A stretch of DNA of 64,000 bases from the human T2T-CHM13v2.0 reference genome, Homo sapiens: NCBI RefSeq assembly GCF_009914755.1, contig NC_060927.1, one strand, 5' to 3'. Positions within the stretch are counted from its first letter, which is position 1; every line of letters begins with the position of its first letter. The notes beneath the pieces are model-generated. The model saw only the letters and a list, made by a program, of their open reading frames with translations, was not told where the DNA came from and did no database searches. Shown here in pieces: positions 12,548 through 30,746 of this stretch. The translations under genes were made by a program, and so were the position numbers.

Positions 12548-12610
12548 AGACCATCAAGGCTAGGAAGAAACTGCATCAACTAATGAGCAAAATCACCAGC
12601 TAACATCATA

Positions 12611-16437
<3,827 letters not shown>

Positions 16438-16699
16438 ACAATGAGAACACATGGACACAGGAAGGGGAACATCACACACTGGGGACTGTTGTGGGGTGGG
16501 GGGAGGGGGGAGGGATAGCATTAGGACATATACCTAATGCTAAATGACGAGTTAATGGGTGCAGCACACCAACATGGCACATGTATACATATGTAACAAA
16601 CCTGCACGTTGTGTACATGTACCCTAAAACTTGAAGTATAATATAAAAAATAAAAGTGCTGCATTCTGTGACTCATCATGGAGAAGATAAAATGACCAA

Positions 16700-16780
16700 A
16701 AAATATATAATATATATAATTTAAAAAATATATAAATTATATTACGTGTGTGTGTGTGTGTGTGTGTGTTTGTGTGTATG
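16700..16780. repeat. AT-rich tract followed by (GT)n microsatellite
   Basis: Visible directly. Confidence 0.85.
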
Positions 16781-18084
16781 GTGACTTCTTAATTGCTAAA
16801 TTGCTTATGACCAGTATTTGGTTTGTCAAGCCCAAAATCCTGGGAAGACAATCAAAACTTCAGGTACATCCCACTATCTGATGGGCCATTTAAATATTTA
16901 TAGAGGGATTTCATTCAATTGTCATTTTCATTTCATGTTTCATGGTTATATAAAAGCTTTCCCATGCAAGAAGGCAAGAGGGCTGACACTACATATTATG
17001 CTCATTATGCCACAGTGCATATTCATTTTCACCAGATAAAGAAAGCTTTTCATGGTTCACTGACTGAGGACAATCAACACCTTCATAATCTAGAACTCAA
17101 AGATTGGATCTTCTGAAGTAGACTGCCCTTGCTGTCCACGCTACAGCAGAACTTCAGGACCTTGAACCTTGGGTTCATAATCTCACAACTCAGAAGGTTC
17201 CTCCATATTCTTAGAACTGTACACCCATTGGAAACCTTAAGGTAAAGGTAACAAGGGAAGTTTCTCCCTGGAAGATGATGACATCCTTGACGTGAACAGC
17301 TTTATCACTGTCTAAGATCAATCTTGACAGATCAAGATTACTATCACAAGACCCTTGTCTTTCAATTCCCCACCTCCCCAGCCCCACTTATGCCTCTATG
17401 AACAACAGAGGTGAAAAGGGAGTCTGTTGTGTGCACTTGTGGGGTATACTTTAACCTGTGAAGGATTTTGCAGCCAGCCTTATATGTGGATAAACTTATG
17501 CCTTGACAGATGGAAGATGAAGGCCCAATGTATGTGAGAAATTTTAATGGCACGGACGTTGCCTCATAATCAGTCAGAAGCAGAACATTTGTCCACTCCT
17601 CTTAACCTACATCATGGGTTGAAGAGAACATTGCCTGGAAGTCTTCACTCTTCTAGAAGGGCATCATTTGTTAAGTTCCAGAAGCAGAACATTGGTCCAC
17701 TCCTCTTAACCTACATCATATGGGTTGAAGAGAACATTGCCTGGAACATTTGCTCAATTAAACTATTTTAAATTTAATTTGGCTAAAGTTTTTCTTTTAA
17801 CAGTAAAAACAATTAGATTAGGAAGAAAATGTTTAAAATACCATTTTCTAATCACTAAGCAATGAGTACAGTTGTCACCAAAACAGTTGCTTTAATGCAG
17901 TAATGCAGTACACATCCCCTTTGTTGACAGAGAGGGTGTTTTTCAAAATATGGATATAATTCTGATTTCCCACCAATTGTATTTGGGATGTCACATAGGA
18001 CATTTATGTGACATTGCCTGGAAGTCTTCACTCTTCTAGAAGGGCATCATTTGTTAAGTTCTTTTTTCTATGGTTGGAAGTAAA

Positions 18085-18521
18085 TGAGGCAATGATTAGA
18101 AATTTATCCTTCATGATAAGTTCTATAGTAGATTATATTATAAAGGCTATGGTTACACAACAGAGTTTAAATTCTATTGTGAAAGTTATGCCAAATAATA
18201 GAATCACTCTAGATTACTTACTGACTAAACAGGAGTGTCTCTGCAGCTGCTAGCCCTTCTTGTTGACCATGGAGAAATATATCCCATCAGATATTATAGA
18301 GATTTAGTTGTAGGGGATTAACAAAGAGACTGCTTAAAGTGAGTAGACTGTTTAGCTCATTCTTTGATCTATTTGATTTTAGGTCGTTTGGTTTACAGGC
18401 ACCCTGGCCAAGGAGGGTACTCCAAACTCTTGGTATTATCCTCCTGATAGTCATAATAGCAGTCTCCCTGGTGCACTGTATTCTCTCAAAAGTTTTAAAT
18501 CTTTGCATGCAGTCATCTTAG
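18085..18521 (+). pseudogene. Retroviral env TM-subunit remnant
   Basis: TQQSLNSIVKVMPNNRITLDYLLTKQECLCSC resembles the class I env immunosuppressive domain plus Cys motif; LGIILLIVIIAVSLVHCILSKVLN is a TM anchor; located just before the PPT and 3' LTR. Confidence 0.8.
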
Positions 18522-19084
18522 AATGTCAAATGGTCTCCCTTCAACTGAAAAGAGTCAAAAGAAATGTGTGACCATGAGGGCAGTGTAACCTGTGAATGAT
18601 ATGCTGAGACTGGAAATCCAATATGATAGTAACAGAGTGGCACTAAGGCCCTATGTTTTGGTTACACTCTCACCTAAGTAAGAATCTGACCGAAAGGGAG
18701 GAATTTTTAAACAAAGTCATGGGAGGCCATTGTTCTGGAATGAGCTCTTGCACTAAGTACCAAAAGACCAGACCAAACCAAAATGGAGTCACTCTTGCTA
18801 AATGTAACATAATCAAACTAAGACTTTAAGGAAACATAGATACTAGAACAGACTGGGTTTTGCTTTTTTCTCTTGTAAACAGGGCATTCCAGCATAAGGA
18901 GGTACCCTCTACTCTGACCCTTACCAAAAAAATATAACCTGAAGTCCTTGTTCTCACCTTACGAACCCCAGAGTTCTGTTATTTCCTAGTGGGTTTCAAG
19001 ACAAATAAATACATTACAATGGTTTTGGTGCTTTCAATGACTAATCACTCTCTCCAAATTGAGAGGATGACCAAAAGGGGTAAT

Positions 19085-19478
19085 TGTTAAATCAAGGTTA
19101 GCTTAAAGCTGCCTACTTATATATTTTAAGTTCAGCCTAAAGGTTTTTCTGTACATTGTGAACTATAACCTAAGTGGAGTTTATACAGACTGTAGTCAAC
19201 TCTTGTGCCAATCACTGAGTTTTGGCCAAAGGTGGCCAACTGTTCAAACTGTGTTCAAATAAGAAAAATGTCAAGCTATAACCAATCTGGTTATTTCTGT
19301 ACCTCACTTCCATTTTTTGTTCCTCACTTTCGTTTTTCTGTCCAGAAATCTTCTTCCACCAAGTGGCTGCACTGGAGTCTCAGCCTACTCTGGCTCAGGA
19401 GACTGCTCGATTCATGAATTGTTCTTTGCTCAATTAAACCATTTTAAATTTAATTTGGCTAAAGTTTTTCTTTTAACA
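19085..19478 (+). mobile_element. MER57 3' LTR, complete
   Basis: tgttaaatcaaggttagcttaaagctgcc...aagtttttcttttaaca, 394 bp. Confidence 0.9.
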
Positions 19479-20117
19479 GTAAAAACAATTAGGTTAGGAA
19501 GAAAATGTTTAAAATACCATTTTCTAATCACTAAGCAATGAGTACAATTGTCACCAGAACAATTGCTTTAATGCAGTAATGCAGTACACATCCCCTTTGT
19601 TGACAGAGAGGGTGTTTTTCAAAATATGGATATAACTCTGATTTCTCACCAATTGTATTTGGGATGTCACATAGGACTTTATCTGCATGTTGTTTTATTT
19701 AAAATGTTGTATTGAGTTTTGGGACATAATATAAATATTTCCTATGTAAGTATCAGCCAAAAGTTTTGTACTGAGAGATCTGTATGTTCTGTGAAAGTTG
19801 GGTATTGATAACTAAGAGTCACTCTATTGGGAAAATGTCAAAGAAGGAGACGTTCTAAAGAGTACGCTAGTATTTTGAGGCTCTAAATTTGATAGATTTA
19901 GTGTTCAGTGGGGGAACATTTCCATCCTCACTTGGTTCTTTCCTTCCTCTTACCAAAATGGTGACTTGATTTATATGTGCAAAGTGCTAGCTATCTTTGA
20001 CAGCTTCTGTGCATTGGGACTTTACACTTAAAACTAGCAGAATACTTAAAAATGCCAAGAAAATGAAATGGTTCTGATGAGATGGGAGATCACAGAATAT
20101 GTATGATTGTTTGTATT

Positions 20118-20225
20118 TGTATTAGTTAGCTATTGCTACAATAATATTGTAAAACAACCAACCACAAAAATCTCAGTGACATGAAGCAATTAGCATTTGT
20201 TTCTTGTTCATGTGTCTGTGGAGAC
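20118..20225 (-). mobile_element. MLT1 LTR fragment
   Basis: tgtattagttagctattgct...accacaaaaatctcagtg. Confidence 0.55.
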
Positions 20226-21522
20226 TATGGCAACTTAATTTTTATGCCAGCCTTAGGTCTTCCATACATTCAGCCACCCAGAGGCACATTTTTCTGTGAA
20301 GCTAATGAAGCTTAAGTTTTAGGGCCCTCACTTGCATGGGTCATGTATTTTTGTAAAAATTTCAAAAGTTAGATTTTTAACTGCAATTTAAGACCACTGT
20401 CTCTTTCCAATCCTCTTTCCTCATCATTTTTGTGTTAGGCCGCATTAGAATAGCCACAGTTTGGTACCTGGCTAAAGGGAGGTTAAGTTGGGGGATATAT
20501 TTTATTTAGGTTTAGTGGGATATATTAATATGACTGGGAGTCACTTTCAACTTACCCTAAATTTAAGTAATGCCAGCCATCCCATTGTTAAGAATGTGGT
20601 TACTTTGGTGCTAGACTTTGACAAATGGATGGGCTGCCTGCAGAATGATAACTAATAGACATCATCTTTTTTCTTTGAGGTATATAGTGTGAAAGGCATG
20701 CTAAAAAGGCAAAATAAAGCAATGAATTCTTACTTCTGAAGGGGAAACAAAATGACTAGTTTTGATTGCTACTGTACTGTGAATGATAAAGAGCCACTGT
20801 CCCAGGTGAGAGTAAAGCCTTAGACATACTGGGCCTGTAGGCTACTATGTGCATTCTTTCAGTAAACATCTCCCAGTGAGAACATATTGACTTTTCAAGC
20901 TCAAAGAAAGACTAATATATTGATTTTGTTATAGTGCATATTAAAGATTTCATTTTGCTTCATATTGAAATAATACCTGAAGGTTTTGAGAATTCTAAAA
21001 GTCCTAAAGAGTATAAAGTGATAACTAAGTCTTCTAATCCAACTTTTGGTTCACCAGATTCCCTTTCTACTTTTTTTTCCTGTATCCTCTCAGTGATAGT
21101 CAATGTATGCACTTCCATTTGAAAAAAAAGTGGTAGCTTACAAAACACACTCTGGTGTACCTTTTTCAGATATTCAGGATTTTATTTTATTGATATATTT
21201 TGTTGTTGCCAGCTAATCCTGCCCGAGTTTGTTTTGTCTTCATAATGGTGACTTTATTAAATGTTTTATAGAATACTGCAGAGGTCATAACTGTTAACCT
21301 ACCAAAGTATATTTAAGTAATCCAGTTTATTAGCATATCTTGGCTAGGAAAGGATGGTAAAAGTAGTCCTATTGCAGTTTAAGAGAATGAAAGAGAACTT
21401 GCTTCTCAGACATGTAAAGCAGACAAAACTGATAAAAATTTTATTCCTCTTATGAAAAATGTCACTGGTAGAAGTATTCTGATTAAAAACCATACTGTTT
21501 ATACATTCATGATATTCCAAAG

Positions 21523-24500
21523 AACCCCATGAGACTAACAGTAGACCTCTCAGCTGAAACCCTACAAGCCAGAAGAGAGTGGGGGCCTATATTCAATATC
21601 TTTAAAGAAAATAATCTGCAACCAAGAATTTAATATCCAGCCAAACTAAGCTTCCCAGGCAAAGGAGAAATAAGATTTTTTTCAGATAAGCAAATGTTGA
21701 ATGAGTTTGTTACCACCACACCTACTTACAAGAGATCTTGAAAGGATCACTAAATATAGAAATGAAAGTCTAATACTAGCTAATACAAAAACACACTTAA
21801 ACATAAGACCAGTGTCCCTATAAAGCAACCACATTAACAAGCCAACATAATAACCTGCTAATACACAATGACAGAATCAAATCCACACATATCAATACTA
21901 ACCTTGAATGTATAAAAAATGGCTAAATGCCCCACTTAAAAGGCACAGAGTAGCAATCTGGATTAAAAAAAAAGCAATATCCAATAGTCTTTAAGTGACC
22001 CATCTCACACATAATGACACCCACAGGCTCAAAACAAAGGGATGAAGGAAAAATTTACCAAGCAAATGGAAAACAAAAAAAGCAGGGGTTATAATACTAA
22101 TTTCAGACAAAACAGACTTCAAACCAACAGAGATCAAAAAAGACAAAGAAGGGCATTACATAATGGTAAAGGGTTCAATTCAAGAAAACCTAACTATCCT
22201 GTTTTATACCCAAAACAGGAGCACCCAGATTCATAAAGAAAGTTCTTAGAGACCTACAGAGAGACATAGACTCCCATACAGTAATAGTGGGAGACTTCTA
22301 TACTCCACTGACAGTATTAGATCACCGAGTCAGAAAATTCAGATATGCAGGACCTGAACTCAACATTGGGCCAAATGGATTTGATATACCTTTACAGAAC
22401 TCTCCACCCAAAAACAGACTATCATGCTTCTCATTGCTGCATGGTGCATACTGTAAAACTGACCACATAATTGGACATAAAACAATCCTCAGCAAATGCA
22501 ATAGAATCAAAATCATATCAAACACACTCTCAGACCCCAGTGCAATAAAAATAGAAGTCAAGACTAAGAAAATCACTCAAAACCACGCAATTACATGGAA
22601 ATTAAACAACATGCTCCTGATGACTTTGGGGTAAATAATGAAATTCAAAAGCAGAAATTAAGAAGTTATTTGAAGCTAATAAGAACAAAGATACAACATA
22701 GCAAAATCTCTGGGATACAGCTAAGGCAGTGTTAAAAGGGAAATTCATAGCACTAAATGCCCACTTCAGGAAGTTAGAAAGATCTCAAATTAACAATCTA
22801 ATATCACAAGTGAAAGAATTACAGAAGAACAAATCAATCCCAAAGCTAGCAGAAGACAAGAAATAACCATGATCAGAGCTGAACTGAAGGAAACTGAGAT
22901 ACAAAAAACCATTCAAATGATCAACGAACCCAAGAGTTGGCTTTTTGAAAAAAATAAGACAGGCCACACTAGCTAGACTACTAAGAAAAAAGAGAAAATC
23001 CAAATAAACACAATTAGAAATGATGAAGGGAATGTTACCACTGACCCCACAGGAATAAAGATAAACATCAGAAACTTCTATGAACACCTTTATGAACACA
23101 AACTAGAAAACCTAGAAGAGATGGCTACATTTCTAGATACATACAACCTCCCAAGACTGAACCAGGAAGAAAATCCCTGAACAGACTAATAATGAGATCA
23201 AAAGTCGAATCACTAATAAATAGCTTGCCAACCAAAAAAATCCCAGGACCTGATGGCTTCATAGCCAAATTCTGCCAGATGTACAAAGAGCTGGTATCAT
23301 TCCTACAGAAACTGCTCCAAAACAATTAAGGAGGAGAACCTGTTCCCCAACTCATTCTATGAGGCCAGCATCATCCTGATACCAAAACCTGGCAGAGACA
23401 CAACTGAAAAATAAAACTTCAGACCAATATCCTTGATGAACATCAATGCAAAAATCCTCAAGAAAATGCTTGCAAACATCTAGCAGCTCATCAGAAAGCT
23501 AATCCACTACAATCAAGTAGGCTTCATCCCTGGGATGCAAGGTTGGTTCAACATACACAAATCAATAAATGTGATTCATCACATAAACAGAAATAAAAGT
23601 AAAAACCACACAATTATCTCAATAGACATGGAGAAGGCTTTTGATAAAATTCAACACACTTAATGTTAAAAACTTTCAAACTAGGTATTGATGGAAAATA
23701 CCTCAAGATAATAAGAGCCATCTATGACAAACCCACAGTCAACATTATACTGAATGGGCAAAAGCTTGAAGCATTCCCCTTGAAAACTGGCACAAGACCA
23801 GGATGCCCTCTTTTACCACTGCTGTTCAACATAGTTTTGGAAGTTCTGGCCAGGACAATCAGGCAAGAGAAAGAAAGGACATCCAAATAGGAGGAGAGGA
23901 AGTCAGACTATCTCTATTTGCAGATGACATGATTCTTTATCTAGAAAACCTCATAGTCTCAACCCAAAATCTCGTTCAGCTGATAAACAACTTCAGTAAA
24001 TCAATGTACAAAAATCACTAGCATTCCTATATACCAACAACAGCCAAATTGAGAGCAAATCAGAAAGGCAATCCCATTCACAATAGCCACAAAAAGAATA
24101 ACATACCTAAGAATACAGCTAACCAGGGAGCTGAAAGGTTTCTACAATGAGAATTACAAAACACTGCTCAAATAATTTAGAGATGACACAAACTAATGGA
24201 AAAACATCTCATGCTCATGGATAGGAAGCACCAATATCATTAAAATGGCCATACTGCCCAAAGCAACTCATAGGTTCAATGCTATTCCTATCAAACTACC
24301 AATGACATTCTTCACAGAACTAGAAAAAACTATTTTAAAATTCATATGGAACAAAAAAAGAGCCCACGTACAAAAGGCAATCCTAAGTAAAATGAACAGA
24401 AGCTGGAGACATAACGTTACTTGACTTCAAACTGTACTGCAGGGCTACAGTAAACGAAACAGCATAGTACTGGTACAAAAACAGGCACATAGACCAATGG

Positions 24501-25810
24501 AACAGAATAGCAAGCCCAGAAATAAAGCCCCACATCTATGACCATTTGATCTTCGACAAAGCTGACAAAAACAACCAATGGGGAAAAGAGTCCTATTCAA
24601 TAAATGGTGCTGGGATAACTGGCCAGCCATATGCAGAAGATTGAAGCCGGACTCCTTCCTTACACCATATACAAAAATCAATGCAAGTTTTTAAATGTAA
24701 AACCCCAAACTATGAATACTTTGGGAGACAACCTAGGCAATACCATCCTAGGCATAGGAACTGGCAAAGATTTCATGACAAAGACACCAAAAGCAATTGC
24801 AACAAATGCCAAAATTTACAAGTGGGATCTAATTAAATTTAAGAGCCTCTGAACAGCAATGGAAACTATCAGCAGATTAAACAGACAACCTACAGAAGGG
24901 GAGAAAATTTTTGTAAACCTTGTATCTGACAAAGGTCTAATATCCAGCATCTATAAGGAACTTAAACAAATTTACAGGAGAAAAACAAAACCCCATTAAA
25001 ACGTGGCAAAGGACATGAACATTTTTCAAAAGAAGACATACAAGTGGCCAAGAAGCATATTTTAAAAAGCTCAACATCACTGATTATTAGAGAAATGCAA
25101 ATCAAAACCAGTCAGAATGGCTACTACAAAAAAGTAGAAAAAATAACAGGTGCTGGCGAGGTTGCAGAGAAAAGGGAACACTTACACACTGTGGGTGAGA
25201 ATGTAAATTAATTCAGTCATTGTGGAAAGAAGCATAGTGATTCCTGAAAGAGCTAAAAGTAGAACTACCATTTGACCCAGCAGTCTATTACTGGGCATAT
25301 ACCCAGAGGGATATAAATTATTCTACCATAAAGGCACAGGGACATGAATGTTCACTGCAGCACTATTCACAATAGCAAAGACATGGAATCAACCTAAATG
25401 TCCATCAATGACAGATTAGATAAAGAAATGTGGTACATATATACCATGGAATCCTATGCAGCCATAAAAAAGAATAAGATCATGTCTTTTGCAGGAACAT
25501 GGATGAAGCTGGAGGCTATCATCCTAAGCAAACTAACACAGGAACAGAAAACGAAATACCACATGTTCTTACTTATAAGTGGGAGCTAAATGATGAGAAC
25601 TAGTGAACCCAAAGAAGGAAACAACAGACACTGTGGTCTACTTGAGTGTGGAGGGTGGAAGGAGGGAGAGGAACAGAGAAGATAACTATTGGGTACTGGG
25701 CTTAATACCTGGGTGATGATTTGTACAACACACCCCTGTGACACGACTTTACCTGTGTAACAAACCTTCACATGTACCCTTGAACCGAAAAAGTTAAAAA
25801 TACATAAATA
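21523..25810 (+). mobile_element. 5'-truncated LINE-1 (about L1PA13-15)
   Basis: End of ORF1, decayed ORF2, older-type 3'UTR (gataactattgggtactgggcttaatacctgggtgatg); perfect 12-bp TSD gatattccaaag (21511-21522 / 25811-25822). Confidence 0.93.
21868..25589 (+). pseudogene. L1 ORF2p remnant
   Basis: Fragments [47 protein letters not shown]; many stops and frameshifts. Confidence 0.9.
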
Positions 25811-26017
25811 GATATTCCAAAGGTTGATTTGAGACATGTAATAATGGAAAGCTACTTTATCAGATTCAACTGAGTGGATTTTGATTTTTTCCTTCTTTCC
25901 TTCTTCCTTCTCTTCCATCATTCCTTCTTTCCTTTTTAGTATCAAATGTCTTTTCCAGCTATAATATTGTCAATATGAAATAGATAATCTTTGTAACAAT
26001 TTTAAAAATGCATTACA

Positions 26018-26019
<2 letters not shown>

Positions 26020-26052
<33 letters not shown>

Positions 26053-26191
26053 AGCCTTGCTCTGTCACCCCAGCTGAAGTGAAGTGGCACAATTATAGCT
26101 CTCTGTAGCCTTGAGCTCTAGGGCTCAAGTGATCCTTCCACCTCAGCCTTCTGAGTCACTGGGATTACAGGCACCAGCCACCCTGCCTGGC
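26020..26191 (-). mobile_element. Alu monomer (FRAM/FLAM-like) with T27 tail
   Basis: Single Alu arm preceded by a 27-nt T run. Confidence 0.8.
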
Positions 26192-26415
26192 TCATTATAA
26201 TCATCTTTAACACAAAACTATTTAGATTTTATTGCAAACACCTTTTTCTGACAAATTCGAGTAGTTTACGGAAGTACAATTAAGGCTATATTACAGAATA
26301 TGCATAACATGTACATTTTAATTCCAGTTTAGTTGCCACTCTGAATTCAGGTAGCCACAAAAAATACTATTTAAGATTTTTGTTTAAGATAGAGTAGCAT
26401 CCAAGTTTCCTAACT

Positions 26416-27025
26416 GTATTAATTTCTATTGCTGTGTAAGAAATTGCCACCAAGTTTGCTGGTTAAAAGAACACAAGTCTATTATCTCACATTTCCTGTG
26501 GGCCAGTAGTCTGTACTCTATTAAGGTCTCAGATGTGTTGAGATCACGGTGCCAGCCAGCTGCATTCTTACCTGAGGGTTTGAATAAGGAAAGAACTGCT
26601 TCCAAGATTATTCACGTTGTTGGTAGAATTCAGTTCCTTGTGACTGTAGAACAGAAATCTCAGTTTTCTTGCCCACTATTGACTGGAGACTACCCTAAGC
26701 ATCCTTACCACATGCCCCACTCCATACCCTTACCCTTTGAATCCCTTCCTTCAACAAGAGCCCAATCTCTTTTAAGGGGTTTGCCAAATTGGTCAGGCCC
26801 ACCAGGGATAATCTCCCTTCCGATTAACTCGAAGTACATTGATTTGAGACTTCATTACATCTGCAAAAATCCCTTCACTTTTTTTTCCATATGAAGTAAC
26901 CTAATTACAGGAGTGAAGTTCATCATAGTCAATTCTCACCCACACTCAAGGGGAGGGGATTTTACAGAACATGTACACCGGGGAGCGGGAATCTCAAAGG
27001 TCATCTCAGAATTCTTCCTGCCACA
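26416..27025 (-). mobile_element. MLT1 (C/D/E-like) MaLR LTR
   Basis: tgtattaatttctattgctg...ggtagaattcagttccttgtgactgtag...agaattcttcctgccaca. Confidence 0.75.
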
Positions 27026-28569
27026 CCAATTTTAACTTCTTGTTGCTCCAAGGCCCCTCATCACTGAGCATCTTAGTGTCAGGAGTGAACTATTTATCTA
27101 GCACATAACCATGATACTTCTGGCTAACATTTGGCAGAACTGAAAGGGAAAAGTTTCAGCTACCTGTTGAAGAGATTGGGAAACAGAGTGAAGGTTTAGA
27201 AGAGGAAATGTCTCCAGTCTTGTTATTTTTCTTGTCAGAGCTCCACAGTCTATTGGATTGTCTAAGGCTGGAAGCCTTTGACCTTCCCTCCAGAGGCCAG
27301 ACCTTTCTTCTTGTCATTTTTCTTGATTGTTTTTTTTTTCAGTTGTATAACTTTGTCCATAAATTGGTAATCTTTAGTATATTTCAGCGTTAATGTCATA
27401 ATCTCAAACTGATGTTTTAAAAGACTTGGTATAATGAAAAAATGTTTAATGTTGCATCATTTTATTTTTTAATAACTTTTTAAACTGGGAAGTCTCTTTG
27501 AGTTCAGAGTATCTACTCCATAGACTTTTAGTACCACGAAGTTTCTATTGTCAATTTAAATTTAGCCTCTTCCAGCAATTTTCTGATTCATGGTTTCTCT
27601 TAACTTTCTTCTGCATAAGTTATTTAGGTTCTTCTAGTTCCTCTAATATTAAAAAAATTTAAATTTCTTTCCTTGATGTTTTTCTCATTGATCTCATTTT
27701 TTTCTTTTTCTGATGCATTTGCTTTCAGATTTACTCCAGTCTTCTCCCTTTCTTTCAAACTAATTTTCCTGGTTATCCTTAATGTTTTTGGCCTCATCTT
27801 CATCTTTACCTAGTTCCCTGCCGGAAGCCTTTCTTTCCACCCTCTGTATCAGGTGCTTGGGCAGAATGTGTGCACACTGGAGAGGCCAAAACTGCCTGCA
27901 CTGTGGCCACCAGCTTGATCTTGGTATGAACATATGTGAAGGAGAAGTTCATGTAGCTCCAGCGTATGTGGGTGGAAACTGAGCAGAGTTCAGTTGCTGA
28001 ATTTGCTTTTTGTTGACCTAACCTAAACCCTGTACAGATCTGGTCTTCCTAACTTTTGGTAGAATTTGTAGAAAAAAATTTTTTTCCCTATTCCATTGGC
28101 TACAAAAACCACTACTGACTTTAGAAGTCACTTTTTTCCTTTAGAATATTATACCTGTTAAAATTATTTTGCCTTTAAATGACAGAAAACTCAGCCCAGC
28201 CTGGCTCTGGAAAATAGGAAGATTTTTGGCTCACCTAACCTAATAGGCCCATGCCACACCAGCGGGAGCTGGATTCACTCTTTTTTTTGGCTCATTTATG
28301 CTTCATGCTGGTTCCATTCTCAAGCAATTCCCTCATCAAAACATGTCTGTGGGGTCATCTATTCCTAATGAACAATAAAATGTCAGAATTCTTCTTGGCC
28401 CAATACATTTCTGAAGAGTCGATAATGGATTTTTTATATAGCAGTGATAAGGCAGATATTCAAATGTCTCCATAAATACTTTTTGACTTACATAACTTTT
28501 GTATTACCTTACATGTTACCCGCCCAATAAAAATGCTAGTTGACTGAAAAAGGAACAAATGGATATTTA

Positions 28570-28967
<398 letters not shown>

Positions 28968-28969
28968 TG

Positions 28970-29190
28970 AAACCTGGGTTCAGATTTTAACTTCATCAAT
29001 TAATAGCTGCATGACCTGAGCAAAATATTTTATGTTTTTAGCCTCATTTCTTTACACCATGAAGATAATACTCACAGTGCTTTTTTTCCTAGTATCATGC
29101 TGATTAAATGCAATGATACAGTAGGTTAAGCTCTTTAGATAGGACCTGGCATAAGAAAGCTCTTAATAAATATCAGCTATTATTATTAGC
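28970..29190 (+). mobile_element. MIR SINE
   Basis: acctgggttcagatttt...tgacctgagcaa...cctggcataagaaagctcttaataaatatcagctattattatt. Confidence 0.7.
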
Positions 29191-29301
29191 AGTGAACTTG
29201 AAACATAATAGACTCTCAGAAATGTTGGTTTCCTCCACTTTTATCTGTTATTCATTCTTTTTGTTGTCATTCATAATTTTATTCTATTAGGTCATTGCAT
29301 T

Positions 29302-29400
29302 CAGGGACTGATCCAGATTTCGAGGGGCCTAAAGCTCATATAATTTATAAGGTTTTTTTAAAAGAGAAAGCATACAATGCTATGAATAAAAATTAGGTAT
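29302..29400 (-). mobile_element. Short Arthur1A/MER69A-like hAT element, split by L1 (continues after about 35833)
   Basis: cagggactgatccagattt..gggcctaaagctcatataattt...aaaattaggtat matches the reverse-complemented 3' end of the family. Confidence 0.6.
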
Positions 29401-30746
29401 GGGGGACTTGCTGGCATGATGGCAGAATAGGAACAGCTCCGGTCTGTAGCTCCCAGCAAGACTGATGCAGAAGGCAGGTGATTTCTGCATTTCCAACTGA
29501 GGTACCCTGTTCATCTCACTGGGAATGGTTGGACAGTGGGTGCAGCCCATGGAGGGCAAACCAAAGCAGGGTGGGGTGTTACCTCACCTGGAACGTGCAA
29601 AGGGTTGGGGGATTTCCCTCCCCTAGCCAAGGGAAGCCATGAGAGACTGTACCGGGAGGAATGGTACCCAGATATATGCTTTTCCCATGGTCTTTGCAAC
29701 TGGCAGACCAGGAGATTCCCTCTGGTACCTATGCCACCAGGGCCATGGGTTTAAGCAAAAAACTAAGTGGCTGTTTGGGCAGACACTGAGCTAGCTGCAG
29801 GAGTTTTTTTTTTTTTTCATACCCCAGTGTACCTGGAATGCTAGTGAGACAGAACTGTTCACTCCCCTGGAAAGGGGGGCTGAAGCCAGGGAGCCAAGTG
29901 GTCTGGCTTGGTGGGTCCCACCACCAAGCTTAGCCCAGCAAGCTAAGATCCACCGGCGTGAAATTCTCATACCAGCACAGCAGTCTGAGGTCAAGCTGGG
30001 ATGCTTGAGCTTGGTGGGGGAGGGGAGTCCACCAATGCTGAGGCTTGGGTAGGCAATTTTACCCTCACAGTGTAAACAAAGCTGCCGGGAGGTTCAAACT
30101 GGGCAGACCCCATCACAGTTCAGTAAGGCTGCTGTGGCCAGACTGCCTCTCTAGATTCCTCCTCTCTGGGCAGGGCATCTCTGAAAAAAGAAAGGTAGCA
30201 CCCCCATTCAGGGACTTGTAGATAAAACTCCCATCTCCCTGGGACAGAGCCCCTGGGGGAAGGGGCAGCTGTGGGCGCAGCTTCAGCAGATGTAAACGTC
30301 CCTGCCTGATGGCTCTGAGGAGAGCAGCGGATCTCCCAGCACAGCGTTTAAGCTCTGCTAAGGGTCAGACTGTCTCCTCAAGTGGGTTGCTGACCCCTGT
30401 ATATCTTGACTGGGAGACACCTCCCATTAGGGGCTGACAGATACCTCATACAGGAGAGCTCTGGCTAGCATCAGGCAGGTGCCCCTCTGGGATGAAGCTT
30501 CCAGAGGAAGGAACAGGCAGCAATCTTTGCTGTTCTGCAGCCTCTGCCGGTGATACCTAGGCAAACAGGGTCTGGAGTGGACCTCTAGCAAACTACAGCA
30601 GACCTACAGCAGAGGGGTCTGACTGTTAGAAGGAAAACTAACAAACAGAAAGGAATAGTATCAACATCAATAAAAAGGACGTCCACTCAGAGACCACATC
30701 CAAAGGTTACCAACATCAAAGACCAAAGGTAGATAATTCCACGAAG

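Larger units (their letters stand above)
20279..26400 (+). mobile_element. Arthur1/MER69-type hAT DNA transposon fossil with transposase remnants, split by L1 and an Alu monomer
   Basis: Terminus cagaggcacattt..tgaagctaatgaagcttaagttttagggccctcacttgcatggg; degraded transposase-like blocks near 21190 (IFCCCQL) and 26270-26350. Confidence 0.6.
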
